The translations under genes were made by a program, and so were the position numbers. Under the pieces are notes generated by a model. That model did not search any database. It saw nothing but the letters and a program-made list of their open reading frames with translations, and was not told the origin of the DNA. DNA of 64,000 bases from Carcharhinus amblyrhynchos (Eukaryota), in NCBI GenBank assembly GCA_965287045.1, contig OZ336885.1, forward strand, positions 62,744,001 through 62,808,000, in the 5' to 3' direction. Positions 38,065 through 51,400 of this stretch are shown piece by piece. Position 1 is the stretch's first letter. Each line of letters starts with the position of its first letter.

Positions 38065-39510
38065 ATAAGAACATAAGAAATAGGAGCAGGAGTAGGCCAT
38101 CTAGCCCTTCGAGCCTGCCCTGCCATTCAATAAGATCATGGCTGATCTGAAGTGACTCAGTTCCACTTTCCCGCTTTCTCCCCATAACCCTTAATTCCCT
38201 TTGCCTACCAAAAACCTATCTACCCCTGTCTTAAATATATTAAGCGAGGTAACCTCCACCACTTCAACGGGCAGAGAATTCCAGAGATTCATCACCCTTC
38301 CAGTGAAGAAGTTACTCCGTTCTAAACTGCACCGCCCCCCCCCCCCCCTCCCTTATCTTGAATCTGCGCCCTCTAACCCTGCTGCCTTTTCTGACCGGGA
38401 AGAATCTCACTACCTCTGCCCTATCCAACTCCATCATTACCTGCAATGTCTCTACAAGATCCCCCTCATCCTTCTAAACTCCAAGGAGCACTGACCCAGT
38501 CCATTTCGACTCTCTTCATCGACCAACCCCCTTCTCTCCGGTATCAGTCTAGTGAACCTCCTCTGCACTCCCGCCAAGGCCAAAATATGGTTGCGCAAGT
38601 GTGGCGATCAAAACTGCACACAGTACTCCAGCTGCGGCCTCACCAGTGCCCTGTACTCTTGCAGCAAGACCTCCCTGCTTTTATTTTCTATCCCCCTCGC
38701 TATAAAAGCCAGCATCCCATTCGCCTTCTTGATCACCTGCTGCACCTGCAGAATGGGTTTTTGCGACTCATGCACAAGGACCCCCAGGTCCCTCTGCGCC
38801 GTAGCATGCTGCAGCTTTTCGTCCTTTAAATAGTAACCCCACCTACTATTATTCCTGCCAAAGTGGATAAACTCACATTTGCTAACATTGTACTCCATCT
38901 GCCAGGTCCTCGCCCACTCCCTCAGCCTATCTAGATCCCTCTGCAGACTTTCCACACCCTCCGCACAATTTACCTTTAAACTTATCTTCGTGTCATCAGC
39001 ATATTTCGACACCCTGCACTCAGCCCCCTCCTCCAGATCATCTATATAAATGGTAAATATCTGAGGCCCCATCACCGATCCCTGGGGTACTCCGCTAGTC
39101 ACCAACCGCCAATCAGAGTAGCACCCATTGATACCAACTCTCTGTCTCCTATTAGACAACCAGTCCTCTATCCACGCTACCACTTTGCTCCCAACACCAT
39201 GCCCCCTAACATTCTGAAGCAACCTTTTGTGCGGCACCTTATCAAAGGGCTTTTGAAAATCGAGAAACACCACATCCACCGATTCCCCTGTGTCTACCAC
39301 ACTAGTCACATCCTCATAGAATTCCAATAAATTTGTCAAACACTACTTCCCCTTAACGAATCCGTGCTGCGTCTGCACTATCCAACAATTCGTCTCAAGG
39401 TGCCTCGCCATTTCTTCTTTGATAACGGATTCAAGCATTTTTCCAACAACAGACATTAAACTAACCGGCCTCTAATTCCCTGTCTTTTGCCTGCTCCCTG
39501 TTTTAAACAG
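38065..39510 (-). mobile_element. Young CR1 LINE 3' fragment with RT domain
   Basis: ORF 38608-39339: 'LDFQKPFDKVPH…[10 protein letters not shown]…YADDTK…LVRPQLEYCVQF'; (ATAAGAAC) tail. Confidence 0.95.
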
Positions 39511-40569
39511 CTGGAGTTTTCCAGTGTGTGAGAGTCTGCGTGTGTGTGTATGTGTCTGTGTATGTGGGTAGTGCACGTGTGTGTCCGTGTTTGTTTGTAC
39601 TTGTTGGTCCTGATGTTGATTGAATGATAATTCTGGGTGGGAAGGAGCTGTTGTTGACCAGTCGTTTACCCTTATACTGAGATGTAAGTAAAGCACTTGT
39701 GGACGCAACTCCGATTGTCAACTTCTACCATAAATAGAAATGTTTTGCACAACCACCTCTCTGTACACATATTCACAAGTATAGTCGTTACCTTCCATCC
39801 ATGAAATCGTTTAGGGGGCGAATTGCTGAATATGCGCTTTGGCATTCAGGAACTAGAAGTACCTGCATGGTTCTCCTGAATACGCAAAATTAACGTGCTG
39901 ACCACTGAAGCGCCAAACAAAGTGCATGCCCAGCAGGGAAGTGCACATCCATTTCATTTGGTTCAGCAAGATCGTTACATCAATGGAGAAGGTGGGTAAA
40001 TGTTCAGTATGTTACCATTGTCATAAAATTAGCTGGGATGGCTTTATATATTGCATAGATTTAGGAGCAGGTCAAAACTTGAAATTATTCCATAAACAGG
40101 TGAATGTTTCTCCCAGTAAGTCATGCAGGCCACTTCCAATGTATAAGTCACGAGTATGATGGCATATGTTGCAGTTCATTAATGAGCAAAGATCAAAACT
40201 CATCAGGCAGAGCGATACAATCAGGGAAAATCAAGTGCTCACAAGTCACAGAACTTACTGCATCTATAACGTGATGGATGCATCGATCCAGAGGTGTTGG
40301 GACAAATTGGTAAAATATCTGCTGTAATAAGTCATGATGCTAACGTTAAATTTGTTTTGCTCATATCAGTTGCAAATCAAAATATGTTATCTCTATTTTG
40401 CCAGAAATCATTCATACACCCAACCCCTTATACTGAAATATGAAGTGAATTATCAAGTAGGCAGTTTGTGATGCCAACCGATCGTAGTTTTAATTGGCAT
40501 GTGTTGTTCTGGATATTTTGAATGTCTGAAAGTTAAACGATCGAAGCATTGGACATGACTTCCCGATTG

Positions 40570-43500
40570 CAACCTACAATTTTTCTGCGAGCCCGGGCCG
40601 GGAAAGGCGCGGGTTGGCCATTTCGGGAGTTCCTGACAACTTTTCGGATGCACCAGCATCTCAAAGCCAGAGAAAAATGTTGCCAGGAACCCGCCGAAAA
40701 CCAGTGTGACGCTGATTAGTATGAGCTTACATGTCACTGCATCCAGTTGTCGGGATCCACACGTCATTATCACCGCATGTCTGCGCCTCCAACATTTTTG
40801 GCGTGATGTAAGTTTGGCGCAAATCCGAACAGATATTTAAAAGGCGCAACCTAGCTTGGCAGACATAAAATTGGGTGCGGAAGTAACCGTTAGTGCAGCG
40901 GGGGAAGGTTGCAGGCAGATCCTGTTGACGCAAAGAGGGAAGTAGGGTTGGATAATTCTCTATTTCCTCACAACTCTCTGGGTGAGGTTCGATCTGAGAG
41001 TCCTACTCCTCAGCTCCCCCTCCCACCCGCGCAGTGTTTAAGCGCACTTTGAGAAGCAGCATCCTCCCCCTGCTCCAAGCAGCGCTGAAGCGCATAGTGA
41101 AAGGGAGCATCGAGTGCTCCTGCGTCTCCGCCCAGCCTCCCAAGCAGCGCTGAAGCGCGTTGTACATAGCATTCGGGAGAACTCCCGTTTCTCCTCCCAC
41201 CTCCACACGAATTTGTACTGACGTTGTCTTGCTGCGGAATGTGGTTACGGACTATACGAAGTCCTGGCGGCATAAGAATATACCACTTACTCGCTGAGGT
41301 CGAAATAGATGAACCAGGTGCTTCTCCAGGCCCGGGTTCACAGATTCAGCCATGGACTGCATGGAATCTGCTGTCTCTGAGCACGCACCTGATTCGGATT
41401 TGCACTCTTTCCATGCCCTGTGACACGGACCAGCAGCACATGACTGTAACAGATTTTACAGTTGCAGGAATAAGAATGGCTCAAGAATGTGCAATGCCCG
41501 CGTCTGCACAACGATCTGCACATTGGGTACCAGCATTTGCCATGATGGGAATTTCACACAACCCTAATCCGACCAAGTATGGCACCACGGATTGTGTGGG
41601 GTTGGCATCTCCCACAAGTGGGAATGCTGGCCTTAGTGAGGAACTGTGGTGGTACTCTGTTTATGCAGCCAATGATAACAATACATCATTCAATGTTCTT
41701 TCCAAACTCGACTGTACAGATAAATCTCGCTTCGTTCGATCTGGAGCAGGATAAGTTTCTGCGTAAGAGGGAGGGTCCATGGCTCTGAAGACGGCAGAAT
41801 TGGTGAGACAACCGCAAGAGAAGCCGCTACGAGACCTTCAGGAGCGTGGGCATGGGGCTGTCACTGAGGGCTAGGTCGTGTGTGGAAGCTTCCAAGAACG
41901 TGCGCAGAAGGCAGCGGCTGCAAGACCAAGGCTGTGCAGGCCCCACATTTCCTTTGAGACCCTCTCTGAGGAAATGTACCAACGCAGGCTGCGCCGGTCC
42001 AAGACGATACTTCATCAAATTTGTGAGGTGCACTCACACCTGCTACTTCATGGGAACGGCGGACACCCGTTTCCTGTGGCCGTAAATTTGACAGCAACTG
42101 TTAATTTCTATGCTTACAGGTCATTCCACGCGGTCAGTGGCGACGTGGCTGGGATCTCGCAGTCCTCCCTGTACCGCTGTGTGTGCCAAGTGACAGATGT
42201 GCTGTGTGCCCGAGCAAGGCACTGGATTAATTTTGATGTGGGCATGCACAGCTGTGGACGCCAGCTCTCCGCCTTGCATCCATCTCCGGGATCCTGAATG
42301 TGCAGGACTCAGTGGAAGGCAAGCACATCACCTTGTGCCCCTCCCATGCAGGGCAGGAGCAATTTTTGAACTGGAAGGGGTTACTGAACGTTCAAATAGT
42401 CTGTGACCATCGGCTCAAAATCATGCAGCCCACTGACACCAACTGAGGAGTGTGTATGACAGTTTTGTAACCCTGGAGTCAGACATCCGTGGGCTCTTCG
42501 AGGACGAGCCCAAGCCCTCGGGATGGCGACTGGGTAACAAGGGATTCCGACAAAGGTCATGGTTGATGCCGCCTGTGCGTCGCCGCACACCGAAGCAGGG
42601 ACCCGGTACAACGAAGTAATGCATTCAATTTGTTGGTCGTTGAGCAGTGCTTCGTCCTGCTCAAGATATGGCTCTAGTCCTCCTTGGGTTGCCCTGGGGA
42701 AGCCCTCCAGTATGACAGTGTGCAATCTTCGACATTGTTATTGTTTGCTGCGCCCTGCACAATATCGCCAACAGGCGGGGGCGGGGGATGGGGGCGGGGA
42801 TACCTGCTGGAATAGGGGGAGGAGGAAGAGCAGCAGCAAGGGGGCAAAGTGGGCACCCCACCCCATGCGGAGATGGAGGAAAGATGGTAGGCGGCAATGG
42901 CAAGGAAAGGCCGTGAGGGACTCGTTTCTTGCAGCCCACTTCGCGGAGCTGGTGCTGTGCAGTTCGGGGTATGCAAGACATGCACATCTCCCCCAAGCCA
43001 GGAACAAGTGCATCCACTATTGCCCCTCCAAACCAACCTGAGCCCTCAAACCACCACATCGCCCTTCCACTGTTCCTGACTTCCCACCACAACAACCCCC
43101 AGAAACATCCGACCAAAGGAATGCGACTGGGCTGGCAATGGTTGCGAGTCTTGGCTTAAGGCGTGATAATGATGAGGACTCATTGCTGCACACACTGCGA
43201 CCGAGCACCTGCTGCAATTCAAGTCTGACTTCAACCTGAACTCCCAATGCAAGCTGTCACTTTTGTGAGGGTTGGCAACACATACTTCTTGGCCAACGGA
43301 GGGGATGGGTGTTGGCGGGGCACTTGCACCAGTATCTGGTGAATGTTAGGGAGCATATAACAGACACACTAAAACATGGGCTAAGTCTACAAGGCTCAAC
43401 AGACAGCACTTCTGTGTTTGGAAGTTTGGGCGAATTGACATTTTTATTGGGGGGTTCACACGTGGGGTGAGGGCGAATCAGGGACAAATGAGTCACAGCT

Positions 43501-45700
43501 TGATGTGCAATTAACATTTTACTGTGTTCTTAACATAAATGAGGATCGAAACCTGATAATGCTTACCTTCATCCGTTCCCTCTAGTGAACCACATCTTTC
43601 CAACTTTTTGTTGTCTATTGCTTTCTCTCGGTAACACATAGGAAAAGGAGATAGTAGGAAGTGGTGTCCACCTGAGATGTATCTCCCATTGCTTAAGATG
43701 GTCTTGGCTGACGTCCCCTGGGTGCCAGGACCTGGAAGGCCTTGGCTGACTTGTGGTTGGCACTGTTTGTGTGCCACATTGCTCATCACATCGGCCCTGG
43801 CACACCCCGAGGTGAGAAAAGGGGAATTGGGAGATCTCTGGACTTCTGGGATTTCCCGGCTGAAAGACGCTGGCATGGCCTCAAGCACATCCTCTTATTT
43901 TGGGGTGCCCAAAGGCCCCAGTGGAACATCATGGGACACCAGCGTAAGTGGACGGAGCTCCAGATACTCTGGCGTTACCTGTCTCTACCAGTCTTGTTGG
44001 CCAAGAGCTGTTTGCCCCATGTTCTGTGATCCCGCAGCTCGATCCCTCGTGGGTCATTCTCTGCAACACTCAGCTACAGCATTTTGTGAGAAAGTCAGGC
44101 TCTGCAGCCGATCAGCAGTGGTCCAATGGGCCTGGGCTTTGTTTTCCAAGTTCACAGCCATGGCCAGCTGGGTGTCTCCAGGTTGCCAGCGAGAGTCCCA
44201 GCCATGGCCAGCTGGGTCTAAATATAACCTCGACACCCATGGTCATGGAACGCTTTCTGTCCCCTGAATGCCACGAACACACTCGCCCGTGGCTCGTAGT
44301 GTCAACAGGATGGCCGGGACTCTGCCACACCTGAAAACAGACGGCTGAGCCTGAATTTCCTTCGTGGTCGGCTCCCTTGTAAAGATGGCCTAAATCTCAC
44401 GCTGTTTTGGCACCACATGCTGCAAAAACAATATCTTTGACTCCCCTAAAATGCCCTGCAGTCACAGCGTGTTTGCTGACAGCGCTTCCACAACTATCCG
44501 GGTGTCATTCATGCATGTGTGCCAGCTTTGGGAGAAACAATCCCCGAAGCCCAGAAGCTGGCTTGGGGAAGCCATATCCTGGTCTCCAGCAGATCACTGT
44601 GTGCCCGCGCCTTCGGATGGGCCCGCCTCCATCCGATCACCGTCAGCGGCAGTGATTTGTTCACCCGAGCATGACCCAGACGCCTCAACACGAAAGGTAC
44701 CCACAATGTCTCTATGTTAGTGTGTTTCAAGCTAGATGCAGATGACACTTCAGTGGTACTGCCCTCAAAGGTTTTATCAGTGCTTCCCTCCGAGATGTCA
44801 TCTGGAGGGTCGTAGGCAGTCAGCACCCGAATTGTGAGGGCGGCAGCACATCCTGAGTAGTCGGGCTTCTCTGGGTCCAGAGCTAGAAAAATAGAACATG
44901 CATTTGGGAGAAAGAGAAACAGGCAGACATTGTCTGCAGCACCGCACGAATTTAGAGTATAGCGACGATTGAGGGTGAGTTTCTGCTCACTTGCATGCTG
45001 TATGCTGACCTGACTGTCATTGACCATTCGGTATGCCCCCCCCCCCCCCCCCCCATCCCATGCCAGCTTCATGGCACAATCATCCATGCTACTCAGTTTC
45101 CACATACTATGCACACCCCTCCCAGTCTAGGTCGTCTCCCGTGCTTTGCAGATTTTTTTTTTCTGTGGGAATATAAAGTGGATAGTAAACATTAACATGT
45201 TGCATCGTGCACAATGCGTGCCTGTGTCATGATTGTTGTGCTGACATTTTCGGGGAAAACGGTCACCACTGAATGACACTCATTGAGGGACGAGGGAAGT
45301 GGTTAAATTATGTTCACATGTTGCATGCCATCTGTCTGTCCAAGTAGGGTTGGAGATCCGTGCCAAGCATGTGTGCAATTGCAAGTTTAATGCTCACTCA
45401 GCCTTGCTGCTCGCAGATGACCGTGTGGTTTATTTTTTGCGCACTTCCTGCCAGAGCGCCGTGTCAGTCTCCTGGCATTCGCCACATCGGCCATCCTCCC
45501 ACAATGCCATGACAGTTGCACCCCTTGATTTAGGACGCTGGCCAGTGAGCAGATGATCATATTTGTCCTCTGCGCCATCTAGCAGATGCTACTGGCCTGC
45601 TTGCAAAACTTTGGAAGATGCTTTCTGTGTGTCGATCTTTTTTGGCGTGACTGGGTGTGAATTCCTTCCTGCAACTTATGTAGAATTCCGGCTTATTAGG
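40570..45700. mobile_element. Degraded autonomous PIF/Harbinger transposon (transposase on +, Myb/SANT on -)
   Basis: 41878-42297: 'RRLRRSKTILHQIC…HPFPVAVNLTATVNFYAYRSF…GDVAGISQSS'; 45387-45578 (-): 'MADVANARRLTRRSGRKC…LRAAR'. Frameshifted; ends approximate. Confidence 0.85.
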
Positions 45701-46079
45701 TGAGTGCAGGGTCAGTGAGTGTGGCCAGTTGACAACAAACAGAGTTTGAAGTTTCCATTCAGTTCAGTGTCATTCATCCCTCAGTATTTTGATTGACTGC
45801 CAATTAGTCGGCTGCCGTGTACGGGACATGGTGGTGGCGGGGGGAGGGGTGCGGGATGCATTTAATAATCGATTCACTGTTGTGTTCGGGAAGTGCAATC
45901 CAAAAACTCCCATTCAAGAGAGGGAATGATTACAACCTGGTGTTCAGCATATCACCACTGTCTTAGTTCTCTGCAGGGCAGCAGTGAGGACAATATGTTA
46001 AAGGAATGGAGAGGTAGCGTACCGCATTATCCGCATCCATGGGGGGCATGATGTGAGCGGGCAGCCATGTCTCTTTGTG

Positions 46080-46480
46080 GGGAACACGGTGTTGGGGGGG
46101 GGGGGGGGGGGCAAGGGCGGCAGGGCAATGAGTCCAGCGGTATCACTCTGCGGGGTTGTCGAGATTTTGGGTGCCATCAATAATGCCAGCGGTGAGATGT
46201 GTGTGTTGCGGGGCGGGGAGAAGTGAGGGCGCGGTGGATGTGGGGGCCAGCGATGAATTCGAGTGTTTGAGGACAGTGATCGACGATTTGTGTTCATATG
46301 CCGGTTCCCACTCATCCCAACGACGCTCTTGCCGCGAATGAGCCCCAGCTCCCTCCAAAATTTAATGATATACACGACAGGGCTCTCTGCAGTGCACATA
46401 GTACAGAGATTCGGGTGAAAAGCTGAACTGAAAAATCATTCGAGATTTGGAACAAATCTCCCATCAATTCAAAACGTCTG
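46080..46480. mobile_element. Terminal fragment of the same non-autonomous family as 36030-36194
   Basis: GATTCGGGTGAAAAGCTGAACTGAAAAATCATTCGAGATTTGGAA vs GATTCGGTTGAGAAGCTGAACTGACAAAACAGTCAGGATTTGGAA. Confidence 0.65.
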
Positions 46481-46640
46481 TGAGGCCGGCGGCCATTACG
46501 TAACATTGTCGTTGCGCTCGGCTCAACACGTTAGATTAGTATGCACTTAGTTCCCTTTTTGCATTCAGAGTATTGTTCGGACTCCGTTACATATCGGGTT
46601 CAATTCATAAATGTTGTATTAATGTGTATGCCCCAAACAG

Positions 46641-46667
46641 ATGACAAAATACGTGAGCTAAACGCAG
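46641..46667 (+). CDS. Candidate 27-nt phase-1 micro-exon, type D (DDKIRELNA)
   Basis: gccccaaacag|ATGACAAAATACGTGAGCTAAACGCAG|gtatgt; paralogous to 53619-53645. Confidence 0.8.
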
Positions 46668-46895
46668 GTATGTGAGTTAAAGCAGAACGTCAATTGTCAC
46701 GTTTTCAAAACATACGTTTTCATGTTATCTCTTCCATAGACTATTTAAAATCTATTTTACAAATGGTTGAATAATGAACCTAGTTTTAAGAACGCCATTG
46801 AATGTCGGTTGTGAAAAATTGATGAAGGTCGTAGTTAATATGCCGCCCTCATGCAACTAAGAACGATGGGGCAGCTACAACAGGAGCAGAATCAT

Positions 46896-46897
<2 letters not shown>

Positions 46898-46927
<30 letters not shown>
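46898..46927. repeat. (CA)n microsatellite
   Basis: Directly visible. Confidence 0.9.
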
Positions 46928-46930
<3 letters not shown>

Positions 46931-47524
46931 AATTGTCATAGAAGGAACCAACTTTGGTTTAGAATGCGCCTTTTGAGGTCGAAGAATGAACTCTACCTCA
47001 AATCGGAATAAATGCTGAAGTGAAAAAAAAGACAGAGGATCGCAGTACACCTCAGAAGGGAAGTTGTTGTTTGAAACAGACACAATAGAATTGAACAGAG
47101 TAGTGTTGGAACTGGGATTCACAATTGGAGCTTTAAACAGTGCACGAAAGTAAATAGCGTTCAGTTTGACTTATTGTATGAGACTAGGTCACAAACTGAT
47201 TGCCGTATTCAAGTAAGGGATGTGTAACACTTCAGGGGTTTCTCTCTGCTGTGGCAGGGAAACGTTGGCTCGATTGCTGGATTCGCCGATCGTATATATT
47301 TTCAAAATTGTGTTTTTCTGACCTTGGAAAAGAAACTGGATTTCATTCCAATTATTTAGAATGGTCGACTTTTAAACAAATGTTTTGTGCGCTAGTACTC
47401 AACAAGAAACACATAGATGGTAAAATTTCCGAATCTGCGAATGGACATTAATTCCCATACTGACAAGAAAACGACGGCAAGCAATAGCTTTAAAACAAAC
47501 ATAGATGTTTTGATTATGTTTCAG

Positions 47525-47560
47525 AATTGTCCAAGTGCCAAGAAAGTTTAAAGGATACAG
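47525..47560 (+). CDS. Candidate 36-nt phase-1 micro-exon, type A (ELSKCQESLKDT)
   Basis: tatgtttcag|AATTGTCC…GGATACAG|gtaaac; paralogous to 21936-21971. Confidence 0.85.
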
Positions 47561-49906
47561 GTAAACACTGAACTCCAGTGATCAATGGTTGTTCCATTGT
47601 TGTTTATTTTCTCATACGCGAAATCTCACTCTAAATTTAGTTCGTATTGCGTGTAGCTCGAGCATATTTAACGCATCAAAAATATGGCGTTAACTCATAA
47701 AACCCAAGTAATTTCGTATCATCAAGCAAAAATTACAAACAGTCAAGAAGGAACGGACATAACATATTTGTCCAATATATCTGCTTACAAAAGTGATTAA
47801 GTTCTTGTACAATAACAAAGTTCTCTCTAATTCGACCGTTGTACCCTCTGAACAGGGAAGCTGATATGCCACAATCAGTGGTACACGTGTTTGAATTTGA
47901 CATTCCTGAGAAATGTGTCTGATCTTAAGGAGTACATGATGTCGGAAAATCAGTGAAAAATGCATTAATGCCAAGGCTAACCGGATTTTTCTGAATGGCA
48001 TGATTTGTTCAACAAACATTAACGTGTCTTCATCATTAATGCATTGAGAATGCTGATGATTGTTATTAATGTATGATCCCAAAATTTGTTCAGTTTAGTG
48101 AATCCATTTTTTTCGCCAAGGGAGGAGATTAAGTGTGTCACTTCGGAAATTCAGTGATGTGTTTCATGCCGATATGACATTCCAAAAGTATTTGCAAAAC
48201 ATCACGGATAACACTTAATTCCAACTCCATGACGTTCAGCCTTGCCGTGGCTTATTCACTGCTGAAAAAAAAATAATTGATGCCCAATAACGAGCACATT
48301 TTCACCGTGGCTGGCATCCACTTTCTTAGTTAAGTTGCGATGAATTAAATTTTGATTTATGTACATGCAAGACCAATTATTCTACAGATATATACGATCG
48401 CCCTCCAGCCGTCCCCTCATATGCACGAGGATACAGACACATACTACAGTACCTCCTGACACGCCCACCAATAAACACCGTTTTCTCTGACGCATGGATC
48501 AACAATAATTCGTGGCCAAGTAACATCTTGGTTTACAAAATGGCATATTCCTGTTCCAACTACTTCAGAGTGGTGTAGCTCTTTTCTCTGAATTATATTC
48601 CAGAGACGTTTCTCCAGCCCATAGTTATGCATCTTTTCATGGTTGAGTGACAGTGATTTCACTTGCCATTGTCTCAGTTCTGATTTTCCCTTTTTCAGCT
48701 TTTTCCAGAGATCTCTGTTTTTTGATGATAAGCAATTATTAACACGGGTGAACTGGTTGCAAATGTTATCTGTGATGGAAGAATAAAATATATGGATTTG
48801 TTTTCACATTTTTAGTGTGATCACTGCACTCCTGATACATGTAAAAAATGCCTCGAGGATAGATTTGATACATTATGAAATCATTTAGCCGTTGCTATGA
48901 TTCGGATAGCATCACCTTATCTATAAAACACTCCATTAACAAGATTTTGGAGTTTTGGAATATGTGCGATTGGTAAAATTGAAAACTGCAAATGCAAATT
49001 TGGAAAGTAACTGATTCTCATTTTTCTGCATATAACTCAGGTGATGGAAAAGTATAAGCGAATGTGAAGGATACATTTTCACCTAGGACCTCCCTAACTT
49101 TTTCCAGGATGTACTATCTTCCGCTATGAGGAAGAATATACATTTTTTTTTCACAGAGAAAACGGCAACTGCGTTTTGTCCATTACAGCAAAATTTTGAT
49201 AACTCCCTATCATTCTGAGGAAAACATGACAAAAAAAAAACTTTTCCACAATAGGGCTCATTCACCGGTTGTGCATGAACCGGTGTTCACGATCTTAACC
49301 ATGCTGTTCAACTGTAATAAATAATGCAAAACAAGCTATCTTTCAAAAAAGAACTAACATTTGTACCGCAGTTTCAGTTCTGATTTATCTGCTTGGCGTA
49401 GATCAATATTTAGCGGTTCATTTCGCCGTTCAGGAAATAAAAGCCGCTCCTTGAAATTCCAGCAGTTTTTTTTATCAGATTACGGATTTCATGCTCTCTC
49501 CGAATCAGCATTCTTGTTCGTTAAATTGTGACTCCATCATCGGTTTGCACCTGTCGCGCCAGTATTCCAGTCCTTGCCATGTTAAATTCGCTAAGCCAGT
49601 TTACATTGTTTTCGAATCGTCCATCACTTCGCGGGGGTTGAATTTAGGAGCTTACTGATATCCTGCTCTGAGTGTTCTTGTTTTTTTTGTCTTTCTGCCT
49701 GATTATGGGATGCATCTCAGAAATGTACCTTGTTAAAAGAGACATTGTGTCTTCCCGTATTTACTTTAGTATCTGCAAATCGAACACTAATATTGCATAT
49801 GGTGTTCTATGTGTAAAATAATACAAATGCATAACCTTGTCAAAAATGATGCCACTCGGACAATTAACATTCTCCCAAAAATGATACACATGTTTCTCGT
49901 TTGCAG

Positions 49907-49933
49907 AACAAAAATTGAAAGGTAAAGAGAAAG
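49907..49933 (+). CDS. Candidate type B micro-exon: 27 nt (EQKLKGKEK) or 15 nt (EQKLK, ending 49921)
   Basis: tttctcgtttgcag|AACAAAAATTGAAAG|GTAAAGAGAAAG|gttatt; two in-frame donors. Confidence 0.8.
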
Positions 49934-50571
49934 GTTATTTTATGACAATGAATGTGTGTTGACTTATTGAAAAAGTACCTGGTACGGGGAACAAAAACTT
50001 TGATGTCCATGAATGCATGTTATGCAGCAATACATATTCGGTACTATTTGCCGACGATTAAGTTACAAATTAGGACATAATGTCCTGCTAATCAACTTAT
50101 CAGCACATCTGAAAGGGTTCCGTACACTTGCGCCAATGCCCAAGTGAACCACTGATATAATTTGATGACCATACAGTTCCATATAGCTCCTAATTATAGT
50201 GAAGCTGCATGTGCAATCACCCACAATATAAATTCATATTTGAATTTGCATTTTAATTTACTTGCTTTGTTAACATTTAGATCAATTTAAACCATCAATC
50301 CGTAAGCTAATATTCTTGACGGTCATGCCATTAGAAGTAGTGAATTGGGGCTAGGATGCTTTTCAGATTACTACGAGACAGCGTTTCAGAGCATTTGTGA
50401 AAAAAAAAGACGCATCTGTGATCCCCAACATTAACCTGCTCCCCCTATCTGGTTGAAAGACAAGATAGCATCATCATTATCAGATTGACTCCAAAGAATA
50501 GAAACAAGAAGTGATGTTATACAAATAATAAAACAAAAAAATTTTCGCCGTTTTCTTTCTGCACACCGTTT

Positions 50572-50640
50572 TGTGTGTGTGTGTTTGTGTGTATGTATGT
50601 GTGTGTGTGTGTGTGTATTTGTATCTATGTGTGTGCGTGT
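50572..50640. repeat. Imperfect (TG)n microsatellite
   Basis: Directly visible. Confidence 0.85.
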
Positions 50641-51373
50641 TTCTCTGTATGCATACATAGGGACTGAAGGAACGGTAAATGCGTTATGTACGGCAATGAC
50701 TTTAATATTGCTCCAACACGTTAGGGACAATTATCCCAACTAAACTGTAACAATTCACAGTCTCGATGAATCAATGTTGTTGCATTTCCATCATTATATT
50801 TGAGTTCCCACAGGGAGAGAAAAAAAAACAACACTGCTTTTCCATCAAAATATGGCTTCTGCGGCAAAGTTGTCGACTTCGTTTCCACACTGATACAGCA
50901 ATTTTTATTTTAAGTGTTTTTTTGAACAAACAGTGGGAATGTTTGCTTTGATTGTTCATCCGATATCCAGTTAACTGCACTTCACACACAAAGGCAGTTG
51001 TGTGTCCTGCATGTGTCAGAAAGAACAGTTCTGTATCATTTATTTCCAGTCATTGCTAATCTGCCTCCTCACTTTCAACACATCTTTTCTATCTTCATTG
51101 TGGTTTTACCTTGCTATGAAACTGTCAGTTGCTGTTTCGTCAAATGTCACGTGTTTCATGCGCAACCGACTTGTGCAACTGCAAAGTTCTTTCAAATGTG
51201 TTCTTTCAGAACGCACATTGCCAAAACAAGCCATCGTCACATTCCGGATTGGACAAACGTTATGATTGCAGTAGTCATTATCAACACAAAGTAAATCTGG
51301 ATTTGTTTGATTAACCACATGGAACATGTGCCAGCACATCTTTATAATTGTTCTTTGTTATTGCATTTCACAG

Positions 51374-51400
51374 CGGCAATATCCGAAGCGAGAGAGAAAG
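51374..51400 (+). CDS. Candidate 27-nt phase-1 micro-exon, type C (AAISEAREK)
   Basis: ttgcatttcacag|CGGCAATATCCGAAGCGAGAGAGAAAG|gttcgt; paralogous to 32327-32353. Confidence 0.8.

Noticed and set aside
41850-42960. HARBI1-like host gene
   Set aside because: Multiple frameshifts and stops; it lies within a TE-like two-gene layout.
49263-49285. 8-bp inverted repeat CACCGGTT…AACCGGTG
   Set aside because: Too short to distinguish from chance; no context.
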